Assembly: GCA_973895155.1 (NCBI GenBank)
Contig: OZ316897.1
Span: forward strand, 6,498,370 to 6,562,369
DNA: 64,000 nucleotides
Direction of reading: 5' to 3'
Origin: Marsupella aquatica
Taxonomy: Eukaryota; Plantae; Marchantiophyta
Shown: positions 11,890 through 29,140 of the stretch, piece after piece
How the letters are laid out: each line of letters opens with the position of its first letter
Numbering within the stretch: position 1 is the stretch's first letter
Translations under genes and position numbers: made by a program
Notes under the pieces: model-generated
What the model saw: only the letters and a program-made list of their open reading frames with translations
The model's database searches: none
What the model was told of the DNA's origin: nothing

Positions 11890-12090
11890 GTGAAACCCCC
11901 CTCCCGCCGAGAACCAAATGAATTCCATTCAAATAGCCAACATACAGAAAGGGCGGCCCAAAAAAAGGACACCATCCCACGGGACCAAAGGTCTATGTGC
12001 CAAGACAGGAGAGGCCAGAACCAAGGAACAAGAGATTTATAAATTTATTGGGCTAGGTTCCATGGGGCTGGAAGTGAGGAGTGCACATAT
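11890..12090 (-). repeat. Dispersed repeat fragment homologous to the poly(A)-tailed element at 46868-47119 (probable LINE 3'UTR piece)
   Basis: Reverse complement reads ggcacatagacctttggtcc...gggccgccctttctgtatgttggctatttgaatggaattcatttggtt, which aligns with 46889-46980. Confidence 0.6.
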
Positions 12091-12375
12091 GTGTCAGCAT
12101 GTTTGAGCCGATAAGATCACAAAGTTTCCAGGGAGTGAGGGCTGTACAAACATGGAAGTAGGGCAGTATAATTTTCCCTCACACTCCATGTTAAACTCTA
12201 GGGGCACCCCCTGCCTGTGTATAGTTTTAGTGTAGTGCATTCTCATCTTACTTATAAAGCGACAACCACAAGCTAGAGTTGGGGCCTAGCTAGGCTTCTA
12301 GAGTGAAGCCTCTAGACCATAACTCTATGGCCCACCATGTGAATGGGAAAATTCATGGCTATAATTTATGTCAAA

Positions 12376-13261
12376 CAACTTTTTACTAAGTTGTCCCCCC
12401 AACTGTCTGAAATTAGGATTCTGTCCCCCAAACATGTATTTGCCACAGACTATCCCCCTCATTCCATATATGCGTTAGTATACAGTTAACAGTGGGGACC
12501 CAATGCCAAATGGCATGGCATTGAGTGGCTGCAGGTTAACCCCCTTTGACTGCTCCTTTGCCCTCCCTTCCCATGGAAGGATGTCATAGCAGGCCTGGGA
12601 GGAGCCAAAAGGGCCCAACTTTCCCCTCACAAAATAACAACCTTTTGCCCCCTCATTTTACTCACAGAAATGCAGCCACTGTAGTTTTTTTCCTGCCTCA
12701 TTTCTGTAGACAAAATCAGACAGCAAATGTTTACACATTCTACTCTGCTGCCATCTTTGGTCCTTAAAGGTGTGTTTGACTTGTTTGATTGAATACTGGC
12801 TTAGGGGCTCCGTTCACACAAAAGAATGCAGCAGAGTCACGACCTGTTTTAGCCCTTATTTATGCATGCTTCGAATCCCTCATTTCTACACAGAAGAACG
12901 CAGTGAATCCTACATTTGTTGCCTTTTTGTTTTTAGCAAAATAAACTATTTTCTGCAGCGTACATAGGCCTAATTAGACGACTGCAGGCTGAGGGTGACT
13001 GAGCAGCCATAGCTAGGATTGAGAAGGTTGGGATGTTTTGGCTCTCCGGGGCTTGCTACGGCAGCCGTGGGGAAGGGGGAGGGTGAAGGAGCAGTCAAAG
13101 TGGGTTAACACGCAACCACTCACGCCTTGCCATGTGGCATTGGGAACCCAGTGTTAACATATACTAACCCATATATGGAATGGGGGCATTGTGGCAAATA
13201 AATTTGTTCGCGGGACAGTTTCCTAAATTCAGAGTTTAAGGGACAACTTAGTAAAAGGCTC
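12376..13261. mobile_element. Older non-autonomous Mutator-like element (imperfect ~200-bp TIRs, 10-bp TSD)
   Basis: Inverted ends ttttactaagttgtccc...tttgactgctcctt / aaggagcagtcaaa...gggacaacttagtaaaa. Direct repeat ttatgtcaaa at 12366-12375 and 13262-13271. Confidence 0.82.
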
Positions 13262-13368
13262 TTATGTCAAATGATAATCATGCATGTTTTTTTTTAAAGA
13301 TTTCTAGTTACATTCAAAAAATGTACTCTAGGGCCTCACCTAATATATGTGCATATATTTGAAGGGGT

Positions 13369-13712
13369 TGTTGAGCATAGACGACAATCACAACGGCAAG
13401 CCCATGAACCATCCAACGCACAAGAGTCAACACAGAGAGATACGTGGTTCACCTCCACATGAGGCTACGTCCACGGGAACACACATGAGCTTTATTGCAC
13501 TCTAGGCCGACTGGCCATACCAAGCATCCACAGCGCAAGCTTTCTATCTCTCAACTAGCTCCATAACAATGAGCTCGAGTTCCCCCTCTCCAAGCAAACA
13601 CCGCTTGGTTTATAGAGTGTGCACAGCATGACTAACCTAACCAAGTCTGCGACTAAGGTTAGCCTTAACTACGGTACATTCGTAACTCTAGACCTAAGAG
13701 TAAATCCTAACA
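13369..13712 (-). repeat. 3' LTR of Copia copy A (344 bp), with PPT at 13713-13724
   Basis: TG...CA termini. The adjacent atctcccccttg is the reverse complement of a polypurine tract. About 97% identical to the reverse complement of 18502-18847. Confidence 0.93.
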
Positions 13713-15985
13713 ATCTCCCCCTTGACTCTGGTCTAGGGGAGAGTAAAGACTACTACCAATATGACTGCTCAGCGGAAAGTTCTGGAAAGAAAAACCAAAC
13801 CGGTTTTTCCCTCTTTATATGAGAGTAGACCAAAACTAAGCCGTAGCCTATACAAGGAATGAGCAAGAGCATATCTCAGTATCTACACAAATGTTAAGTA
13901 ACCCTACTTGTGAGGCAATTGCAAAACCTATAACGCATCACGATGTCTAGAAAAACTCTCCAAATGAATCACTTTGGTAAAAGCGTCAGCCGGGTTGAGT
14001 TTACCGTTAATCTTGACTAGCTCAAACATATTATCAGACACAGCCTGCTTGATAAAATGGTACCTAACGTCGATGTGCTTCACTCTGCTGTCCATCACCT
14101 GGTTCACAGCAAGGTGGAGTGCACTCTGACTATCACAATGGAGCTTCACATTCCCCTGTGGCAATCCCATCTCAGTGATAAGTCTATCCAACCAAATCGC
14201 TTCCTTTGCTACTTCCGCTGCTGCAACATACTCCGCTTTTGTAGTAGACTGAGCAATACACTTCTGCAAAGTAGACCTCCAACTTATGCATCCACCTCCA
14301 AGTGTGAACACATAACCTGTTGTTGACCTCCTCCAATCCAGATCCTGTGCATAGTCAACATCTACATAGCCCATCAATGATCTAGCATTATCAACATGTG
14401 CATCAAACAATAGACCATGATCCACGGTACCCTTAAAATACCAAATAATCCACTTCACTGCTTTCCAGTGTACCTTCCCTGGATTCGACATGTACCTGCT
14501 CACCTTGCCCATAGCCATGGCAAGATCAGGTCTAGTGCAAGTCATCAAATACATGAGACTCCTCACTGCCTTGTCATACGGAACCTTTGACATCAACCCC
14601 TTCTCTGTGTCATCCGTAGGACAGAAAGCTGATGACAACTTGAAGTGTGGAGCCAACGGGGTACTTACTGGCTTGCTATCCCCCATGTTGAACCTTGCAA
14701 TTACCTTCCTCGCATAACTGCTATGCGTCAACCATAGCTTACCAGCCTTCAAGTCCCTAGTGATCTCCATACCCAAACTTCTCTTAGCTGGCCCTAAGTC
14801 CTTCATCTTAAACTCTGCACTAAGCAGTGCCTTGAGCTTAACAATCTCAGACCTATCCTTGGCCACAATAAGCATGTCATCCACATAAAGTACTAAAACA
14901 ATGAACCCAAAAATAACATTCTTCACCGGTTTAAGATACACACATGGGTCAAACACACTCCTGTGAAAGCCTTATGCACGGATCCAATCATCAAACCGCT
15001 TATTCCACTATCTTGGTGCATGATTGGTTCAACCCGTACAAGGATCTCAGCAATCTGCAAACCAAATTCTCTTGCCCTTTCTTCACAAAACCTAGCGGCT
15101 GTCTCATGAAGATGACCTCTTCCAAGGTGCCATAGAGGAAAGTTGTGACAACATCTATCTGATCTAGCAACAGACCAAACATAACAACAAGCACACACAA
15201 TAGCCGTATTGTTGAGTACTTAGCAACTGGTGAGAAGACCTCATTGTAATCCACACTTTTTTCCTGTGTGAATCCCTTGGCTACCAACCTAGCCTTGTAG
15301 ACCTTCAATTCACCTCCTGTGGACTGATCCTTCAGCTTGTATATCCATTTGTTGTCCACCACTTGCTGTCCCTCAGGCAGCTTGACAAGCTCCCAAGTTT
15401 TGTTGTCCTTCAGTGACTGCATTTTCGTTTGCATTGCTACAACCCACTCTTGCTTCTCCTTTGAAGCACTTGCTTCATGAAATGAAGAAGGTTCCACTTC
15501 TTCTAAAATCAACGCGTCACCCTCATCATTAGTAACAAAGTCCTTCTCTTGCAATTGAGATGAATCAACCCACTGTCCATACCTTGGTGGAGCGCGTACA
15601 GTGCGACCAGATGCTCTTCTAGCCGATGACTTCGGTTGATCTACGTGTGCTGGTACAATTTGAAGCTCAACAGCATCCACTTGCTGCTCACCAACATCAA
15701 CAAACTCCTCTGGTTCCTCTGGCACAGGAACCAACTCCATAATTGGAGCAACTCTTTCTCTCCGGTCATGCACTTCATGACCAATCTCCCCCTCAATGAG
15801 ATCCAGGATATGAGATTTTCCTTTGTCAGTACGGGAGACCTGAGTATTCTCCCCCTCCTTCAATAATCTGGATTCATTGAAGGAAACATCCCTATTGACA
15901 ACGAGCTTATAGGCAATAGGATCCCATAGCCTATAGGCTTTCACACCACTCTCGTATCCAAGAAAAACACATTTCTTGGAGGTAG

Positions 15986-16073
15986 CTGGAGTCCTTCCCA
16001 ATTGTTTCCAAGTCCTATACGGTACTGAATAGTCGTTTAATGGGGTCTAAATACCCCCCGGTTTCTACTAGTG
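15986..16073. mobile_element. 88-bp one-ended CACTA remnant inserted in the Copia A integrase region
   Basis: Absent from the sister copy (ggaggtaggatcc at ~35667). Ends in gtttctactagtg (reverse complement CACTAGTAGAAAC). Flanked by the 3-bp duplication TAG at 15983-15985 and 16074-16076. Confidence 0.75.
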
Positions 16074-18501
16074 TAGGATCCAACTTGGTCCTATTCTGCT
16101 TCGATGTGAGAAATATGCATCACTTCCAAAAACTACCAAGCCATGATAGTCTGTTTGCCGCTTATAGCGCATCTCAAACGGCGTTTTGAAATTGATAGCA
16201 CTAGAAGGAGAAAGATTTACCAAATAAGCTGCGGTATTGATAGCATCTGCCCAAAATTCTTGTGGTAAACCTGATTGGTTCAACATACTCCGTGACCGCT
16301 CCAATAGTGTCCGATTGAGCCTCTCAGCGACACCATTCTGCTGTGGAGTATAAACTGTGGTGAGATGGTGAGTTATCCCATGTTCTGAATAATACTCTTC
16401 AAATTCCACTGAAGTGTACTCCCAGCCGTTGTCTGACCTCAGACTCTTCACCCTTGTATCCAAGCACTTGACTGTGTTTCTAGTCTGATTCTCCACCCGG
16501 GCCTTCCACTTCTTAAAAATGGACAAGACATCAGACTTATGCGTCATGAAATAAATTCACACAAATCTTGAGTAATCGTCAATAAATGATACATAGTACA
16601 ACTTTCCAGAGTGTGAGGGAGTCAGGGATGGACCCCACACGTCACTATGTATGTACTCAAGAACCGCTTTGGAACGATGGGTTCCAACACCGAAAGCACG
16701 ACGATGTTGCTTTCCAAGAATGCAATGCTCATAGAACTCTAATTTACAAGACTGCAAATCAGAAATGAGTCTATTCTTCCGTAAGATAGCTAAACCCTTC
16801 TCACTCATGTGGCCTAGCCGTGAATGCCAAAGTTGAGTCATCTCCTTGTGAGACTTGGTTACATTGGCCTCTCCACATACAGTATTGCCCTGTAACACAT
16901 ACAAATTCTTCTGCCTGCTCCCCTTCAAAATCACTGTCTCTCCCGACCTGACTTGAAGTTCACCATCAATAACGCTCCATTGATGATCATTTGAATCCAA
17001 AACACCGAGTGAAATCAAATTCTTACGCATGCCAGGTACATACCTGACTCCGAACACTGTGCGCACAGCGCCATCAAACATTTGAATTTTCACAGACCCA
17101 ATTCCCTCAATTTGACAGGAGTGATCATTTCTCATCAGAACTGAACCGTTTGAAACAGAGTAAGAACTGAAAAACTCACGAATGTAACAAATATGAAAAG
17201 AGCAAGCACAATCAAGAATCCACACATCATCTACTCTCCTAGATGACGTGCACAGGGCATACCTTGACTTCATAAAACATACTCATCATTGAGTAAATCA
17301 GCTTCTCCATCAGCCCTAGTCACATTTGCCGATGAAGTTTTCGCTGCCTTTCCCTTACAGTCTTGCTTGAAGTGTCCAACTGTCGCGGTTGCACTTCCAA
17401 CATGTCACCTGCCTCCTCTGAGGGGATTTACCCCTGGACTTAGATCTGGATTTAGATCTAAACTGGGTTCTACGGTCCCCAATTGGTCGTTGCATACTCC
17501 TCCCACGGTTAACATTGAGGGCAACACTAGATGATGAAGGCTGTGATATGATGTGCATCTTCTGCTGAAGATCATCACTAAGCAGAGAACTTACCACGTC
17601 ATTGTATGAAATGGTATCCCTATCACGATGCAACAACACTCGTGATAGGGACTGGTAAGATGGAGACAATGAACTGAGAAGCTGCAGAGCCTTCGTCTCA
17701 TCATTCAAAGTCTTCCCAAGGTTTTCCAAGTCAACGACCATGTCGTTGAAAGCATCCACATGGTCTTGCAACTTTGTACAGGATTCCTTCATCCTGAAAC
17801 TCATCAGTTTGTAGGAAGTGTAGAGCCGGTTTGACAACTCCTTGTGGTGATACTTGCTCTGCAATTCCGCAAACAAGGACATGCAATCTTTATGTGCACC
17901 CAACTGCTTGATGATGGGAGGCATGAGATAGAGTGTAACACATCACACTCCCTGCTCCTGCATGCGGTCCCATTGTTTCTCATCAACATCGTCTTCACGA
18001 GGGCTCAGTAGTTGGCCCATCCCTGACGCATAGAGCACTCGCTTCACCTGCTTCTCCCATAGCAAGTAGTCAGAGCGCCCATCATACTTTGTCACTTCAT
18101 ACTTGGGTCCCCCAAGCTTGAAAGTCCCCATCTTATTCTTTGGCACTACCGTGAGCTCCGGTAGTAGTACTGCTTCCTCACCACACGCCGCATCGGTGAT
18201 GGTATCGGTGTCACATGCTCTTCCTCTTGCTCCTCTCTTTGCCCCTCAAACCGTCGTGGTGATCCTCGTGCTTCAAGTTCCACGTCTTCGAAAAACTCCT
18301 TCGAATCACTCATATCAGAAAATCACAAAAAAAGTCGTTTTTCACAACTTCTCAAAAAACTCAAAACTCAACACCTCCGCGTAGCCCACGAAACTAGGAG
18401 TCCAATACTGAAAACCAAAATCAAAATCAAAATTTGACGGAAAAGTTATTCAAATTTTGGTCGAGGTGGGTAAAACCTTGGGAAACTTCCCCCTCTAAGA
18501 T

Positions 18502-20229
18502 TGTTAGGATTTACTCTTAGGTCTAGAGTTACGAATGTACCGTAGTTAAGGCTAACCTTAGTCGCAGACTTGGTTAGGTTAGTCATGTTGTGCACACTCT
18601 ATAAACCAAACGGTGTTTGCTTGGAGAGGGGGAACTCAGGCTCATTGTTACGGAGCTAGTTGAGAGATAGAGAGAGCTTGCGCTGTGGATGCTTGGTATG
18701 GCCGGTCGGCCTAGAGTGCGGTAAAGCTCATGTGTGTTCCCGTGGACGTAGCCTCATGTGGAGGTGAACCACGTATCTCTCTGTGTCGACTCTTGTGCGT
18801 TGGATGGTTCATGGGCTTGCCGTTGTGATTGTCGTCTATGCTCAACAATTGGTATCAGAGCATGCCTGGGAGGTGATGAGGTTTTTTCGTGACGGTTTTC
18901 CAGCGTTCATTGTTGGTGTTGAATTCGGGGTTTCATCGTATGAAACTCGAATGTGTGTGGCTGAGCAAATAGGTTAGTGAGAGGGCTTTCTAACTGTGGT
19001 TACAACTTGCTGATCGGTATCCGTGGTGCAGAGGAATTAAAGTTTGCGTCGTTCACGGTTTATTCGTGTTCAACGGGATTTCGGGGGAGAGACCAGAGAT
19101 TGTTTTTTCAACGGTGTGAGCTGTGCGGTGCGGGAGGCATCGCATGTTATAGCTCAAGTTGAAGGTTGAAGCGAGCTGGTCGTTTTGGTACCTGGTTTGC
19201 TGGCGTTTGTGGAGCGAGTGCGTCGTGACGAGTGAAAGTTGAGTTCTGGTTTTTTGACAAGCTATGGTGCTTGTTTTTCCCTGAACCGGATTACTCGTCG
19301 TGACGCTTGACTCGATCCTAGAAACGCGAAGTGCTGAGGCTCAACGGAGAGATCTTGGTGAGGTAATCATTTTGAGTCCGAGATTGGCCCTTGACGCGGA
19401 GAGAGTAAAACACGGCGGAGGTTTTCTCTTCTCTGGTGGAGCTGCAGACGCGTGGCCGCGAATATGTGCGCCTTTTCCAGGGGCTTTAAGACCCCTTTAA
19501 AGTGCTTTTTTCTGAATTTTTTTTCTCTCCTCCTCTTCATTGGTTGTGCCGCACCCCGGGCCCTATGACCCTCCATTTTAACCGCTTAGACAGGGGGAAC
19601 GGCCCCCTGTGAGACTTTTTGGACTGTGTGGGAATATTCCCAAAAAATAGAGAGGTGTTTTTCGACTGTCTGACAAAGATTTCGTCCGCCGAATGGTAAC
19701 TTTTTGGTTCTTTTTTGGCAAGGTCGTAGCCATTGAAGTTGGCAATGCGACGCACCGATCACATCGCAATTCCGACGATGGGTTGTACTTGGTATTTTGG
19801 TTATTCCCTGAGGTGGTCAAAACGGGGGAGTTTCCCAAGGTTTTACCCACCTCGACCAAAATTTGAATAATTTTGGTTTTCAGTATTGGACTCCTAGCTT
19901 CGTGGGCTATGTGGCGGTGTTGAGTTTTGAGTTTTTTGAGAAGTTGTGAAAAATGATTGTTTTTGTGATTTTCTCATATGAGTGATTCGGAGGAGTTTTT
20001 CGAAGACGTGAAACTTGAAGCACGAGGATCACCGCGGCGGGTTGAGAGATAGAGAGAGCTTGCGCTGTGGATGCTTGGTATGGCCGGTCGGCCTAGAGTG
20101 CAGTAAAGCTCATGTGTGTTCCCGTGGACGTAGCCTCATGTGGAGGTGAACCACATATCTCTCTGTGTCGACTCTTGTGCGTTGGATGGTTCATGAGCTT
20201 GCTGTTGTGATTATCGTCTATGCTCAACA
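18502..20229 (+). mobile_element. Internally deleted Copia copy B: LTR (18502-18847), PBS, 1.1-kb leader, first 21 gag codons, fused to a partial LTR (20041-20229)
   Basis: tgttaggat...ctcaaca LTR, then PBS tggtatcagagc. ATG at 19978 gives MSDSEEFFEDVKLEARGSPRR. The sequence then jumps into the distal 189 bp of the LTR, ending ctcaaca. Confidence 0.92.
18850..18861 (+). promoter_or_regulatory. Primer-binding site complementary to initiator tRNA-Met
   Basis: TGGTATCAGAGC, 2 nt after the LTR end. Confidence 0.93.
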
Positions 20230-22278
20230 GGGATAATCTAGGCTAGTTGGCTCTAAAGTCAAAACTCATAGGCTCTAAAGTCAAAACTCATATATTTAAA
20301 CTGCTGTGCACCTTGGCATATAGAGTATTTGGCCCAAGGGGGTTCGCACTCCGTGCCCCTGGCCCATGGAACCTTGCACTAATAGAGGCTACAGTCGGAG
20401 CAGCAAATTACTCCAGTAGTTCTTATAAAGCCACGTGAATGGTGTATTTGCATAGAGTGAACATACAGGACTTGACTCCAGCTCTCGGCAAAATGATCAA
20501 CTCTAGTTGGGCATTCCCCGTGTGCATTGGTAGGGATGATCTTGATGAAGATCCCATGTCGAGACTGTGATCAGCTTGATGCATCGATGATTGCTGTCTG
20601 ATTTTTAGGCAGTCTTATGTGTTCACTTCGCACGAGAATCCATTGGATCGGAGGATACTAGTGGCCTCATCTGCCTTTTTTGCAAGGTCGTAAGGTGTGA
20701 TTTCGTACTTCATTCCTTCCTTCGAATTTTCTACACTAATCACACCTTTTAGATTCTGGTACGTGAGGAGTAGTGGGCTTTATATGTGCGTGTGGGGTGT
20801 ACAGTCTACCGATGACAATCTTACTCAACCGGGGATGATCTACGAAGAGCAAACTGGAGAAATTTTCGGATTTATGATCGCCCTGGTTGAAACGTTTTTC
20901 ACACATAAAGTGAAGTCTGGGAGAAGTGGACGAGGCCGCGCTTCTGTATGAAACATGTTTTGACCTCGGCAGTGTGAAATGGATCTGCGATGAAGAAACG
21001 CTTTCAGTGAGAAATATGGTTTTCTGCCGTGGAGCTGACATTTTCCCCATTGTAAACCCGTCGGATATGTATCGGCATTGAGGATTGAATGCATTGTCAC
21101 AGGAAAATAAGACTATTACATCGCAGTTTCCTAAGAAGCTGACTGGAGGCTCAAATTTGAGTAGCGAGGGACCCCCCTGCAATGTGACATTTGCCTTGTG
21201 CCAAGAATTGCTGACGCCGTCCTTCGTTTCGAGGAAGAAAATCGTCGCTCGTGCAGCAGAGCCTTCGTTCATTAGACAAGCTGATAGACCGTTGTGCTCA
21301 CAAATTCACATGTCAAAGGCAGGGTTCTTAGCAAAGACATCGATCAGGTGTTGGACATCGAAGGTGAGGAAACCATTGTTCGCTTACGAGACATATCCGA
21401 GGCCAGAGTTGCATCATGAAGTTTGGTATCATTCTTATCACCATAACTTTCCAATGCTGTTGAATGTTGCGGCTATCAGAAGTGCTTTCCTGAGAGCGCG
21501 GACTTATGACTGCGTCTTTTTGGCTTTCTGTTTATGAACTGTCACCATTATATCCAGTATTGCGGTATCACTCTTTCGAATGATCAACTGGATGAAGAAT
21601 TTGTGTCTCGAAAGGACGGCATGTTTGTGTCGGAAATGTTTACGGGCTAACATCCGCTAATGATCTTGCGGAGGTCTATTCGATTGTCGCGTCGCATGTT
21701 TGATGCACGGAAATAAAGAAGTAGAGCATTGCTTGCTGTATTGGGCTGCAATGGCAATGTGAAAAATGCTTTCTTCGAGACTGAACGGTCATTGTACTGT
21801 ATAAGCCTGTAGGTCATGATCAAGATCGCAGCAGGTGGTTTTTGATTGGAGCATCGGGGAGCAGTAGATTACATGTCATTCAAATGGTCAAGTCGTCTAA
21901 TTCTTAACGCCTGCCCATTTGTTTGTAGTGTCTCTACCCTTCCTCTTGGTAGGAAAATTCTCCCTCCTTTTTTCTACTGTGCCTCTACTTAACTGGTTAG
22001 TCTGCGCTGCCCCTGTTTGTGACGCGGAATATGCATATACTAATGACCCGAGGTTATTGATGATGATCTACTCGATGTAGCCAGATGACCTAATTACTTC
22101 GCCGGCACCAGGATCGACTTCAAGAGCGCACGACTATATGTGGGTTGAAGGCTCCTTCTTGTGTTGTCTCGGCACGAAAGTCGCATCAATGACACACTTT
22201 CAGGTCTGATCTTCAACTTGGAAAATGAAAATGGAGAATGATCGTTGCTAAGGCGTGCAGAAGATCACTCGTGGCAAC

Positions 22279-26694
<4,416 letters not shown>

Positions 26695-28824
26695 GGACAG
26701 GTGAATTCAAGATTAGTCGTGATCAAGGTGATGCAAATGCCAGGTGCATCCAAAAGGTCCAAGGCTAACGGGATTCGCAAGACGCTGAATTTGCATCGAT
26801 CTTGCCTCTGCCATTTGATCCCTGCATTTGCCACCACGATGCAATGGGATGTCCCTGTATGTAGAGGTTTAGGGTTTTAGAGGTTTTTGGGACCTAGAGT
26901 AGCTGAATCTGCTGGCTGATTAGCCGGTGGCAAGAGCGTTCAGCCTCCAGGGGCAAAGTTAGAATTGAAATGTTTGTATTTACCTTCTCTGTAAACTTGT
27001 CCACAGTGCTGGCCATTTTCAACACACACAACCAACTGCTACGCTTTTCCTTCATATGTTGAGGGTTTCTGGACAACCACAGAGATTGGATGGTACTTTT
27101 GTAGGAGCAGTTGCAATAGTTTAGCACCACAACCGCAATCGAAGGCTCACAAGAATTATAGTTGGCTAACATGTCTCAATGTGCCAGGAACGCTTATTGC
27201 TCACTGATTGACTTGGTTTGCCTCCTTTTTCTGCTTGTAAATATGGAATTTATGAGCTCAATCCGTTTTGCAAAAGATGTTCTTACATGAAAGATATCAT
27301 TGAATGCACAAAACATGTCCCTAAGTAAATGATATTGTTTACGGACCTCACTAGAGGTCCCTTCCAAAATTCCTGACACCACAGTGTACCATGTCAACAA
27401 CAATCGTAACAAACAAAATTCGTCGATTTTGTGAATTAAATTTATGATTTTTATTCATGTTTATGTCAATTTGAATGTAAATTTAGGGTCGCCATACTGT
27501 AAAATAAAAATATTGAAAATGCAAAGAACAAGACGATTGAAAGTGTCAAACCGTTTTAGTTACATTTTCAATTTTAAAACTTAAATTCAAAGATTTATAA
27601 AAAATATTTTCATATAATAAATAATAAATAATAATTAACTTGATAATTTACTTGTTAAACTGCAACTCTTGGTATGTAAGGAACTCTCCTATTGTATGGC
27701 CATTAATGCTGGAAAGAGCACATAGAAATCCAGGATCGAGGAGGAGGAATGGTTGGAATCTTGAAAGTTCATCGAATTTTATACGCAAAACTATTTACTC
27801 ATTCTCAAAACAAAAAATACTCAATCATAGATCTCATTGAGATCTTTCTTTTGCACCCTAGATTGTCTTCTAACATGGATGAATAAGATTTCTAGAGGCA
27901 TTACAAAATGGACGGCAAAGATCATAAAATCGACAAAATCAACGACTAGGAAGGCTTGGATTTGTTTAATTTTTCATTTGAAAAATATTAATCCATTTGC
28001 AAAACGGACAGAAGCCATCCATAGATCTATTTGAGATTTTTCTTTTGAGCCATAGATTGGCCATTATGATGGACGAACGAGATTTCCGGAGATAAGTAAT
28101 AGAGACGACTCAGATCGACTCTTCCCCCTGATTTTACTAGCCAAGGGGTCCACGAACTAATTAATAAAAGATGTTACACAAAAAATAACATTAAGTAAAA
28201 GATGTTAGTAAAGAAAAGATGACATTGTACAAACATTATCATTGCATAAAAGATGTTATGCACAAAACATTTGTGTGAAATACTATGGATGCAAAGACAA
28301 TGTCATTGTGTAAATAATAAATTCATGTATAAGACATGCACCCCTCCCTATGTGCGTTAAATGCTAAGAAAATGTCATTCACCCATCAAAATGTAATAAT
28401 ATATGGTGTGCCTAAGTTTTGGTAATCACACATCAAAATTGTAATAATGTAATGGGTGAACCATCTAAGTAATTGTGTTTGATTTCATTCAATTAAATAT
28501 TTTCTTATATTTTGTAGTCATTATTTTTTGTTGTGCATCCATGATGATACATTGAGGGCTCTCCTTGATCCTCATGAATGCAAGAACATTAGTTCTATTT
28601 CTTTTGACTTTTATCTCCACCCATTTTGATTCCTTTTGTGTGGAAAGGTTTCCACTCCTTTTGTTCTAAGTTGTAATTAATTTGCTCTTGGTTTTATGAC
28701 TTCCTTTTATTGAGTACTTTTTATTGGCATTGCAATTTTGAATGATGACCACTGCAAAAAAGGTGTGACATGTTATTACTACCCCGATACATGTTATTAC
28801 TAGCCCGATACTTGCAAGGTTGCA

Positions 28825-29140
28825 CAAAAGATGTTGAGGTCAAGATAGATGCCAAAGTGAGAAAAAGATATCAAGGTGAAACAGATGTTGATGTGGGAAA
28901 AAAAACCGAGGTGAGAAAAAGATGGAGAGGTGAGGAAAAGATGTAAAGATAAAGAAAAGATGTTGAGGAGAGAAAAGCTGTGGAGGGTGAGCGATAAATG
29001 TTGTGGTGAGAGAAAGATGTCAGGCTGAGAAAAGACGGCGAGATGAGAAAATATAAGATGTCAAAGTGAGAAAAAATGTCAAGGTGAGAAAAAATGTTGA
29101 AGAGAGAAAAAATGTTGAATGTGGAAAAAATGTCGTGATA
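28825..29140. repeat. Degenerate purine-rich minisatellite (~18-20 bp unit, consensus approx. GATGTCAAGGTGAGAAAAA)
   Basis: More than a dozen imperfect units such as gatatcaaggtgaaa, gatgtcaaagtgagaaaaa and atgtcaaggtgagaaaaaa. Confidence 0.75.

Larger units (their letters stand above)
13369..18493 (-). mobile_element. Ty1/Copia LTR retrotransposon copy A: degenerate gag-PR-INT-RT-RH plus 3' LTR; 5' LTR and PBS missing
   Basis: ORF fragments carry the CWKC zinc knuckle, WILDCACSFH, HSDVWGP / LRSDN / PQQNGVAER, YKARLVAKGF, LYVDDML, RRSTTGY and KHIDVRYHF in Copia order. There are several stops and frameshifts. The leader breaks off at ~18493. Confidence 0.95.

Noticed and set aside
9720-12237. 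CACTA...TAGTG pairs as termini for the decayed CACTA transposase
   Set aside because: Candidate ends do not form extended TIRs and lack a matching 3-bp TSD.
12800-12900. tRNA-like TTCGAATCC motif
   Set aside because: No cloverleaf or A-box; it is part of the internal repeats of the Mutator-like element.
20736-21537. Overlapping 178-aa and 150-aa ORFs upstream of PKA
   Set aside because: No motifs, non-ATG starts and no consistent splice structure.
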